This document shows positions 37,601 through 48,701 of a DNA stretch of 64,000 nucleotides, piece after piece (position 1 is the stretch's first letter; each line of letters begins with the position of its first letter). The translations under genes were made by a program, and so were the position numbers. Origin of the DNA: Selaginella moellendorffii (taxonomy: Eukaryota > Plantae > Lycopodiophyta); contig NW_003314367.1 of assembly GCF_000143415.4 (NCBI RefSeq), forward strand, positions 1 through 64,000, read 5' to 3'. The notes beneath the pieces are model-generated. The model was not told the origin of the DNA, made no database searches, and was given only the letters and a program-made list of their open reading frames with translations.

Positions 37601-38676
37601 TGTATAGCTAGCCTCTTTAAGGCATGCTCAGAGCTAGTGGCTAAATGCATTGGTGAGCTTATCGCGGTTGAGTTGGATTCGAGTGGTCATTTAGTTTATG
37701 CTTGTTCATGAATCCTTATCTCGACCTGGGGTATTACATTCATGTTGGACAAGTATATGACTGGATAGCATGAGTTTAGTGTTGGGTCTTGTGAAGGCAA
37801 GTTGACAAGTGATTGTTGGTTGCTTTGCAACTAGTGATTACTTGTAGACTTTGTCAAGGGATTTTGACACTTGTTTCACTCGATGATGATTTAGTAGTGA
37901 TGGGTTTGTTTTACCGAATGGTGTTGCAGAGAATTGTGTTGTTAGACTTACATGGGTTTTCCATGTTGGCATATCAACTTTACCTCTGTCGATATCATTT
38001 GGTTGCGTTTAGTTCATAGTGTTGGATTTCATTGAGTCTTGGAAGTGGTGAATCACTCCTTGATGATGTGTTATCTGTAACTGAGTTTTGCTGAAGGATT
38101 GGTCTCGGATACTAAGTATAGTATCTTCAACTTTGGTTAGCTTAGTTTTTGGAGAGCTTTGAGTGGTGATTCACTTTTGTTTTCTTCTAGCTTTGTTATA
38201 GTGTTGATGGCATTGAAGTGATGCCTTGTCATTGATGTTATTGATGTTGAAATTCAGGTGAGATGAAATGTCTATCCTTAAGATTGATATTGAGTTTCAT
38301 TAGTCTCAATAGAGATAGTGTTGATGATTTGGTTGTAGCTTTGTGTTATTAACATTCGCGCATTTGCTAGTTAGCAACTCTGTTGACATTCAAATGAACT
38401 GAGTGGCTAGTTTGAGTTAGTTGTGTTCTAGATGAGATTATTTAGTAAAGGTTGAGCTTTGGCTTTTCCTTGAAAAGTGATTCAGTCGTGGACTATGCTA
38501 AGTCTACAAAGTGGAAAAGTTAGTGATCGATATTAGAATGTTTGAATCCTTATGGGATTTTAGTTAGAATATATCAATCATTGATAATTCTTCTTGAGCT
38601 TGTTATAAAGTGGGTTACGTCAACTATAGATGGATTCATGAAGGATCGTTTAGTGATCACTTGTTGAGCATAACTT
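34673..38676 (+). mobile_element. Non-coding LTR element copy 1: fold-back LTR 34673-35373, PBS 35376-35386, internal region truncated at 38676
   Basis: ..GCACTACA|tt|TGGTATCAGAG boundary. The internal region is near-identical to the reverse of 40490-43788. Confidence 0.85.
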
Positions 38677-38838
38677 AGTGGCTATTTTATCCCCATTTAT
38701 CCCCCAAGGTTTCAAGGATCCACGGTGACAGTATATCTAAATCTCATCCCATGATCACATGCGCTACACTCACCCTCCCTTTAGAGATGTCAATGTCCTT
38801 ATTGACTATTGATTAACAACCCCTACTGAGCCAAGGTG
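38677..38838 (-). mobile_element. Fragment of the 45.2-45.9 kb TRIM at the junction of the two LARD copies
   Basis: Matches 45260-45420 (LTR part, PPT and internal region). Confidence 0.85.
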
Positions 38839-38839
38839 A

Positions 38840-41800
38840 ATTTCGATACCCGAAGTCACATTCACGACACTCTCCCCCCTTAGGGAAGATCGACATCCTC
38901 GTCGATGCACACTCCAGTCTAGAATACCGCCAAGGAAACAACTCCAGAAAAAGTTCACAGTACTCGCACTATGTGAGAAATGCATCAACTTAAATGAGTT
39001 AGGAGGCAACCTCTATGTCTAATGCGGATGTGCTACCAGCTCAGACTCCTTCCGGCTGTCGTCGACAAGGAAATGACCAACGGAGTCAGCCACCCTTGCT
39101 GCTCTGGGAGTCACCCAACTTACAAAAGTGTGATATGCCCCTGCCCGTAGGGACATAGAGAGAGAAGCTAGAGGCCCCAACCCTTCTAAGCAAAGAAACC
39201 AAACCCGTCGGTAAGGTTTAGATAGACTACTATAAACAGGCAATTAGAGTTGTTTACACGGTCATGCCCTTTTAACGGAATAAGGAACATCGACAGAGAG
39301 GCGGGTGATGTGACCAGTCGACAGTAGCTACCCCATAACTAGAGATTTCACCATACACACGAAGTGCCGAAGCCAGTCTGCCTATATTGGCCCAAAGTTC
39401 AAACCCTAATAGATGGACAATATCAAAGTCATAGACAATGATATCTTAGAGATTGTATTATCAGTGATTAAATCTTATATTAGAACATAATAGTATTCCA
39501 AGTAAGTTATCATCCGATAAACTAGTATTATAGTATAAGAACCACCAAGATCATCATAATTGGTAGGCATAGGATCACCATCCAACAAAATTCAATAGCA
39601 AGTATGTCATCAAGGAAACTCAATGATGAAACTTAACTACTGAAGAGAGCAGACAGTAAACCAACAACTTACTAAAGATAACTCAAAGAACACAAAGTAT
39701 CATTGACTGACAAACACAATGCTCGCGAATGTATCACCTGAAGGAAATAACATCCCAACCTATCAGAACTAACTTGAGCAATAATCAACATAACAGAATG
39801 AATGCAGCAAGACCAACAAACACTCATTCATGTCAACTATCACATTAGTCAATCCGAATAGATCCCGGTCAACAATACTAAGGAACCAGAGTTGCTCAAG
39901 CAAGTGTTAGCAACATCCTACTGATGTCTCAAACTTAAGAGACCAATTCAAAGCAAACCACAAAGAACATGTGGTTTTGCGAAAAGCCATAAGCTATCAA
40001 AGAGAACAACTAGCCATCATGAAAGATCATCAATCATCCTATCAATAAAGAGATGCTGAATTATCGTTGAAGAAAGAATCTACCATCCCGAAGAACAGTG
40101 AATCATTCTATATCAACAATAACCAAGCAACACCTTTGACAAGGATAATCACTATCTTAGACGACAATCAATCATTATTAATAATTGCCAGATGCAAGAG
40201 CCAACTTCAACATCGAAGCTAACAAGCCAAAATGCCTTCTCTAACAACTCTTAATAAATGGAACAATGAGCATAAAACTCAAAGAACCAAAAGCTTGAAA
40301 AAGCCTATAGCTAAGTCTTGCCAAATAATGATCACAAGCCTTGCATGAACTAACTTCAATGCCAAAGAAGAAATTATGGTGCAACCCACAATATCTTCCT
40401 CAACACATCCATAAGCTAGACTTCATAATGCCAAAGCTAATGAAGAGTATATCTACATCAATCCAAAAGCTAAACACCATGGAGTTATGCTTAACAAGTG
40501 ATCATTAAATGGTCCTCCATGAATCCATCTATAATCGACGTAACTCACTTCATAACAAACTCAAGAAGAATTATCAATGATCGATATATTCCAACTAAAA
40601 TCCCATAAGGATTCAAACATTCTAATATCGATCACTAACTCTTCCACTTTGTAGACTTAGCATAGTCCACGACTGAATCACTTTTCAAGGAAAAGCCAAA
40701 GCTCAACCTTTACTAAATAATCTCATCTAGAACACAACTAACTTAAACTTGCCACTCAGTTCATTTGAATGTCAACAGAGTTGCTAACTAGCAAATGCGC
40801 GAATGTTAATAACACAAAGCTACAACCAAATCATCAACACTATCTCTATTAAGACTAATGAAACTCAATATCAATCTTAAGGATAGACATTTCATCTCAC
40901 CTAAATTTCAACATCAATAACATCAATAACAAGGCATCACTTCAATGCTATCAACACTATAATAAAGCTAAAAGAAAACAAAAGTGAATCACCACTCAAA
41001 GCTCTCCAAAAACTAAGCTAACCAAAGTTGAAGATACTATACTTAGTATCCGAAACCAATCCTTCAGCAAAACTCAGTTACAGATAACACATCATCAAGG
41101 AGTGATTCACCACTTCCAAGACTCAATGAAATCCAACACTATGAACTAAACGCAACCAAATGATATCGACAGAGGTAAAGTTGATATGCCAACATGGAAA
41201 ACCCATGTAAGTCTAACAACACAATTCTCTGCAACACCATTCGGTAAAACAAACCCATCACTACTAAATCATCATCAAGTGAAACAAGTGTCAAAATCCC
41301 TTGACAAAGTCTACAAGCAATCACTAGTTGCAAAGCAACCAACAATCACTTGTCAACTTGCCTTCACAAAACCCAACACTAAACTCATGCCATCCAGTCA
41401 TATACTTGTCCAACATGAATGTAATACCCCAGGTCGAGATAAGGATTCATGAACAAGCACAAACTAAATGACCACTCGAATCCAACTCAACTGCGATAAG
41501 CTCACCAATGCATTTAGCCACTAGCTCTGAGCATGCCTTAAAGAGGCTAGCTATACATGATCAACACTTAGTCGAAACTAAAGTGAAGACCATGAGATGA
41601 ACTCATATCGGTACACAACCTTCTCATACACAAAGCTATAGTACTGGTACTAACATCTTAACCTTAAACAACTAAATTAGACATCACCATCCTCAACCAA
41701 GGAGCAGGGCTACCATGACAAAGTCAAGATCAGTGAGAGTTCACTACTCTCATAGAGCTCACTTTTCTACACTAACTCCAAACTCTATCCAACTCAATTG

Positions 41801-44800
41801 CTTTAGCTTCAAAAGTTAGCATCCCTTTCGGGCCGCATCATACAAACTACCTACTAAGGTCTAAGCCAACCGAAGTCAACTCCAACCCCCTTCACTAGTT
41901 TATAATGACTTACGAAAACGAAATGGTTTTCAAGCAAAGTGACCAACAAATCAGCCATTAAAAAAGTCTAAGAAAATTTGAGGAAAATTTTCCAATCCTA
42001 GAGAAAGAATGACTTTCGGTCTAGGAATACAAACTTCCAAGACTCAACCAATTTCCTCCTACTAACAACTTCACATAAGTTCACCTCAACATAAATTCTC
42101 ATGACCCATAGTATGCTTAAGCCTTGAACATCTTTTGCCTATACTTCCGACATCCAACTCCGACATCCACAAAAATGTAAAGTGAATATCTAAAGCTTTA
42201 TCATGAAGACCACATCTTCAGATATCCATATTGCACTAACACTCTTCTTCAATCACCTTCAAGATCAAATATGAAGCCAAAACACTAACAAGAAAAATGA
42301 TATAGAAAATTAAGTTCTAAGGAAAATTCCTCATCACTTGGAATAATAATGCCACTTCCACTAACACAAGTGCTAGTGATGTCAATGCCTCAATTACACA
42401 CTTTCTCCGTCTAATAATCTACTCCAAGTGCTAAAAGATAAACCATCAAGACATAGCAAGTTAATGCTATAACCTTTTTACAACACTTTATGGGCAAATC
42501 CTTAAGGAAATAAGGAACCAACTTAAACTTAGCATAATGGACTACCATCAAGAATCCAGTCAAAGCTATTACAATGCTACTTTGTGCAAGTAAACTAGCT
42601 TCTCCATCAACCACTTTGGGTTTGATCATCGTTTAACCAAGCAACTTCATAAACAGATTGCTCACTATCACATAGACATGATATAGAAATCACAATGACT
42701 TGATCATCAATTGAGTAACACCACGAGTGATGTCTATGTCATTACTTCAAAGGTTTATATGAGTATCAAGTGCAAACTCAATTCGACAAAATGCAACATA
42801 AATGCCACACTCCACCAATAGAGATTTAGAACACCCAACACCACTAACTTTTTGTTCACAACATGGACAAGCTCATGCCACTCTCTTTCCGACCAAACTC
42901 AAAACTAATCCAACACCAAACTACTCAAGGAGCAATAGCAAGGTTCATCGGAAAAGAATTGAGCATTGCAACCCAAGTTTTCCAATAGCAAGCTTAGACA
43001 AAAATGGTATAGCGCTTCACCGCTATCCATCCTACAGCTTACCATTTGTAAGACCATCATCTCCAACATGCATCAAGGTAGGGACTCTTGATTGCATAAT
43101 ATGAACATAAGCAATGAGTTAATACCTCGTTACAAATCATCTCTCCAAGAGAAAATGATTTACGTGTTTGATCCTTCGTCCTTGATGACTCTTTTTTCGG
43201 TCTCATCTTTGACTAAACCTCAAGCTTGTGTTCGCACTGCCTTCAGTCCAATCCAAGAAAAGTTTATGAGAGAGCACAACAATGACTACTTGAATTAATA
43301 GACTAATCTCTACAATCTTGATTGATCCACTTATAGTCTTGCCTAGGAAGGATCCACTAGTGCCGTGTTAAATAGCTATGGACCAGCCTATTTACCACTC
43401 ATAGCAAACCCAGGGAAGGTTTTCTTTCACCCACGGTACATGGAACAACTTACGAAACCATTGGAAAAACTCATGGAACCAACAGTAGGCTAATATTAAT
43501 CTTGCCAACTCAAAGTGTAACCTCGAGTTGCTAATGTGCCTCACTCACGAGCCCAAGCTCAAACTCGTGCAAACGGAACATCTCCAATCCATCCTATGAG
43601 CCCGAACGCAAGCTCACATCATAAGGTATAACAAGGCAACAATATCCATACCCAAGGAACCAATTATAAAGCCTTTGCACCCAAACGTGTACCCACTCGG
43701 ATCATTGTTTTCATCTCTGCGTATGCAACAAGACTAGTTGCCCAATCTCATTGGATAGTATTGCTGAGACTCATTCTCTGATACCAAATGTAGCGCACAT
43801 GGTTTTGACCCTTTATCCTATGGTGATTTACCATAGGATAACACCACGAAGTGGAACCTAAACCCTCTTTATGCCACGTGATACATGCCACGTGTCATAT
43901 GCCACGTGTCCAAAGGCTTTCACCCCAAGCCTCCTTTAATATCAAGAGTTATTCTCTGGGACAAGCTCAAAACTTACTAAATATGGAATGTCCTTAGATT
44001 GCGAATTTGGACATGGGATGAACACTATTGTGTTCAGGATAATCTCTACATTCCGTAGATATGCCAAATGAGCTAAACTCAAGTAGGGATAGTGGGTAGG
44101 TTGGGCATGGCTGACCAACTTGAGGCATAGTCTAGCTCCTGCTTGCGTGCCTGTCCTTGTTCTACGTCTGGCTTTGGTCTAAGCCCAAGTTCCATTCCAT
44201 GCTAGCTGGTGGAGTACCCATGTCCTCGTGTTAGGCCATCGGTATGCCGAAATAGCGCCAGACTCCGTTTGGCTCCATTTTGCATGTTGGTCTTGGCATT
44301 GGGATGTTGGTCACTCTAGGACTGTTCCAAGTTGCTCCAGGCTCTTGTCCCTTCGCTCCTTGGACTGTATGCTCGGGAGTTGCTCCGTGATACGGTTCCA
44401 TCACTCCTTGGCTTGGGTCTAAGCCCAAGTTCCATTCCATGCTAGCTGGTGGAGTACCTATGGCCGGTACTCCACCAGTACTGGTGGCCTAGTTTAGGGT
44501 TTAGGGTTTAGGGTTTAGAGATTGTCCTGAACACAATGGTGTTCGTCCCGTGTCCAAATTCGCAATCTAAGGACATTCCATATTTAGTAAGTTTTGAGCT
44601 TGTCATAGAGACTAACTCCTGATACTAAGGGAGGCTTGGGGTGAAAGCCTCCCTTAGTATCAGGAGTTATTCTCTGGAACAAGCTCAAAATTTACTAAAT
44701 ATGGAATGTCCTTAGATTGCGAATTTGGACATGGGACAAACACTATTGTGTTCAAGACAATCTCTACATTCCGTAGATATGCCAAATGAGCAAATCTAGA

Positions 44801-45189
44801 CATTTTCCATAAATAGCATTTGGGACCGAAATGAGACTAACACAAAGGGCATGATAGCGAGGGTGTTTGGTAGACACGGTAAACTATCATCTAGCAATAT
44901 TGAGGGACCAATCTCAATATCGCGGGGGTTCCCAACACTAGCAAGTGCAAGTCAACGAATGAGTTTCTCTAACCAGGTCAAGTATGCTTGACAAATAACA
45001 TGTAGGAATTCCGTCCTTATGCTCATCTGGTCAAGTGCACACGCGATGACCAATTTTTCAACTAGCTTGAGTGGAGACCAAAAAAGGGACTAGCAATACC
45101 GACTTCTTGCCATCGTGACAGTAAAGTAAGAGTGTCCGTAAGGACTGGTTGACAGGTAACTTTTGATACCCAAAGTCACATTCACGACA
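38840..45189 (-). mobile_element. Non-coding LTR element copy 2 (LARD-like): scrambled 5' LTR 45189-43789, PBS 43786-43776, ~4.9 kb internal region, PPT 38880-38870, 3' LTR stub
   Basis: PBS-Met and PPT AGGGGGGAGAG|TGTCGTGAA are present. No ORF above ~100 aa and no recognisable gag/pol. Confidence 0.85.
44493..44518 (+). repeat. Interstitial plant telomere repeat (TTTAGGG)3+TTTAG
   Basis: Direct observation. Confidence 0.9.
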
Positions 45190-45190
45190 C

Positions 45191-45913
45191 TATAGCACAC
45201 CTTATCTCTCTCCCCTTAAGTCAACTAGAAAAGGGGTAATTGCTTAATGAGAGAGCCCTTAGTGGCTATTTTATCTCTATTTATCCCCCAAAGTTCCAAG
45301 GATCCACGGTGATAGTATATCTAAATCTCATCCCATGATCACATGTGCTACACTCACCCCCCCTTTAAAGATGTCAATGTCCTGATTGACTATTGACTAA
45401 CAACCCTTATTGAGCCAAGGGGAACCATTAGAGATGTCAATGTCCTGATTGACTATTGACTAACAACCTTTATTGAGCCAAGGGGAACCAGCACCTCCAT
45501 TTCCGCACTCAATCTACCAATCCTTCCATTGTGTAGATTAGCTATTCCATATGAGGCAATTAGTCATCCACCCGTACTACAGTCCCACGGTGGATACTTT
45601 CGTCCGTGGATACTCCACACAAGAGGAAGGACGTACGTATGAATGCCTAATACGTACGATTTCAAATTTAGGGGTAGGAATATACCTTGCTCAAGGGTAG
45701 TAGCCACTAATCAATGGGAATCAAACCCGTGCCATTTGCTTTGATACCAACTGTAGCGCACCTTATCTCTCTCCTCTTAAGCCAACTAGAAAAGGGGCAA
45801 TTGCTTGATGAGAGAGCCTTTAGTGGCTATTTTATCTCTATCTATCTCCCAAGGTTCCAAGGATCCACGGTGATAATATATCCAAATCTCATCCCATGAT
45901 CACATATGCTACA
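45191..45913 (-). mobile_element. TRIM: 162-bp LTRs (45191-45352, 45752-45913), PBS-Met, PPT, ~400 bp non-coding interior with a 63-bp tandem duplication
   Basis: TG..CA LTR pair; minus-strand TGGTATCAAAGC at 45738-45749; GGGGGGTGAG PPT; duplicated unit at 45365-45427 and 45428-45490. Confidence 0.9.
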
Positions 45914-47409
45914 GTATTAGTCTCATTCCGGTCCCAAATGCTACTTATGGAAAGTGTCTAGATATGCTCATTTGGCATATCTACGGAATGTAGAAATTGA
46001 TTTGGACACAATGGTGTTTGTCTCGTGTCCAAATTCACATTTTAGCATCATTCTATATTTAGTAAGTTTTGAACTTGTCCTAGAGACTAACTCCTGATAC
46101 TAAGGGAGGCTTGGGGTGAAAGCCCAAAGTGTGTGTTCCTCAAAGGGGGGGGGGGGGGGGGCTGTGCCTGTAGGGGGTTCCAAATGTATAGTAGGGATAG
46201 TGGGTAGGTCGGGCATGCTGACCAACCTGAACCAACTTGAACCAACCTAAGGCATAGTTTAGCTTCTACTCGCGTGCCTGTCTTTATTCTACATTTGACT
46301 TAGGTCTAAGCCCAAGCTCCACACCATGCTAGTTGGTGGAGTACCCATGTCCTCGTGTTAGGCCACCAGTATGCTGAAATAGCGCCAGACTCTGTTTGGC
46401 TCCGTTTTACGTGCTGGTCTTGGCATTGGGATGTTGGATGCTCTAGGACTATTCCAAGTTGCTCCATGCTCCTGTCTCTTCACTCTTTGGGCTATATGCT
46501 TGGAAGTCGTTCTATGCCCTAGTGCCATTGCTCCTTGGCTCCATGCTTTGGAGTTTGGCACCGTTTCTTCGTTCAGTGGCCCAAGGCCCTGAAACTCGGG
46601 TTCCACACCACTGTTCTTTGGACATGTGGCATATGACACGTGGCACATAAAGGGTTTCGGTTCCGCTTTGTGGTTATCCTATGGTAAATCACCATAGGAT
46701 AAAGGGTAAAAACCACGTGCGCTACATTTAGTATCAGAGGATGAGTCTCAACGAGTACTATTAAATGAGATTGGGTAACTAGTCTCGTTACATACGCAGA
46801 GTTGAAAACGATGATCCGAGTGGGTACACATTTGGGTGCAAAGGCTTCGCAATGGTTCCTTGGGTATGGATTTGGTTACCTTTTTGTACCATACTATGTG
46901 AGCTTGCTCTTGGGCTTATAAAAGGGACTGAGTTATTCTGTTTGCACGAGTTTGTGCTTGGGCTCATGAATGAGGTATATTAGCAACTCGAGGCTACACT
47001 TTGAGTTAGCAGGATTAATGTTAGCTTATCAGTGGTTCCATGAGTTGTTCCATGTACCATGGGTGAAAGTAAACTTTCCCTGGGTTTGCTATAAATGGCA
47101 AATAGGCTAGTCCATAGCTATTTAGCACGGCACTAATGGATCCTTCCTAGACATAATTATAAGTGGATCAATCAAGACTATAGGGATTAGTCTATTGGTT
47201 CAAATAGTCATTGCCGTGCTCTCTCATAAACTTTTCTTGAATTGGACTGAAGGCAGTGCGAAAACAAGCTTGAGGTTTAGTTAAAGATGAAACCGAAAAG
47301 AGAGTTATCAGGGATGAAGGATCAAACACGTAAATCATTTTCTCTTTTTAGAGAGATAATTTGCAACAAGGTGTAACTCATTGCTCGTGTTCACATCATG
47401 CAATTAAGA
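45914..47409 (+). mobile_element. Non-coding LTR element copy 3, left part (LTR to 46726, PBS, start of internal region)
   Basis: Colinear with copy 1 up to 'tgcaat(c/t)aaga'; resumes at 60961. Confidence 0.88.
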
Positions 47410-48701
47410 TGTAAGCTATAAATTTTTCCTTTCCAATTTGCCAGCTTACCTCATCTATCCAACCAACACTGCCTTGGCTTTAGCTAAGTGTAAGGAACCG
47501 ACTCCCCGAGGTGTTGTAGGCTAAAAGATCCCCGAAAGCATGACCAAAATGATAAAAAGTTCATCGGATGGGACCAAGTCTAAGATCGAGTCCAAGACCG
47601 ACTCTAAGACCGAGTTCGAGATAGAGTCTGGAATCGAGTCCGAGATCAACTCGGAGACCGAGTTCGAGACCGAGTTCGAGACGGAGTCTGAGATCCGAAA
47701 TCGGGTCTGAGACCGAGTCCGAGGTCGAGTCTGAGGTCGGGTCCAAGATCGGGTCCGAGATCGAGTCCGAGATTGAGTCCGAGACCGAATCCAAAGTCGG
47801 ATCCGAGATCGAGTCCGAGATCGAGCCAGAGATTAAGTCCGAGTACTAATACGGGTCAAGGGGTGAAAGCCCAAAGTGTGCGTTTCCTAGAGGGGGGGGG
47901 GGGGGGGCTGCAGGGGGTTCCAAAAGTATAGTAGGGATAGTGAGGTCTAGGAACCAGTTTTGAAGGAACTCTCCAATGGGGCTTCCAAACTAACTTGAGG
48001 TTGGGACTGGGACCGAGGGGCCTTGGGTGGGAGTGAGCATAGACTTGGTTGGTGCTGGAGGGGCCATCCAAGGAAATGCTCAAGAGCAGCTCCCACTCTC
48101 GAAAGAGAAACCAACTGCGGTGCTCCCGGCTCATGTGGAGTGGTGCCCCACTTGAGTACCATGCGGCTCATTGGTCCTTGCCCTTCCTAGGGGCTTGGAC
48201 CTTCCCTTCGGGATGGAAGTGGGGGGGTAGAGGTACCCATACCGGGGCATTAAGCCACGATGTTTTGCCCTGACGTCCTGAAGCAAGTGCTGCACCCAAG
48301 GCTTGGGATTTAGAGGGTCCCATGATCAAGTCTTGTTGTACCCAAGGGTGTTAGGAACCTGGAGGCTTGGTGTGCTTGGCTGCTTGTGCCTGCGGGGAGT
48401 GTAGTCGAACCTTAAGTCTAGTCTAACCCGGGGAGGGGGATTGGGAGAGATTTGGGAATCCGTAGATGGATGGCTAACACTCCGTTGCTCGTGCAGTGAG
48501 TAATTGAAACCAAGTAGGACCAAGTAGGAGCTGGTACAATAGGTGAGAACCTTGGCAAGGGAACTTAGCACAAGATAAAGCAGTGTTAGTAGGATAGACG
48601 AGGTAAGCTGGGAAATTGGAAAGGAAAAATTTGTGGCTTACAATTTGGTATCAGAGCCTTTTCCTCAGTTCTAGCGAAGGATAGAGGCTGATTGCTGGGA
48701 G

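Noticed and set aside
36120-38300. Faint Copia-like peptide echoes (DSG; EIQ..ILK.DIE) in the non-coding element
   Set aside because: Too degenerate, with inconsistent spacing; needs a profile search.
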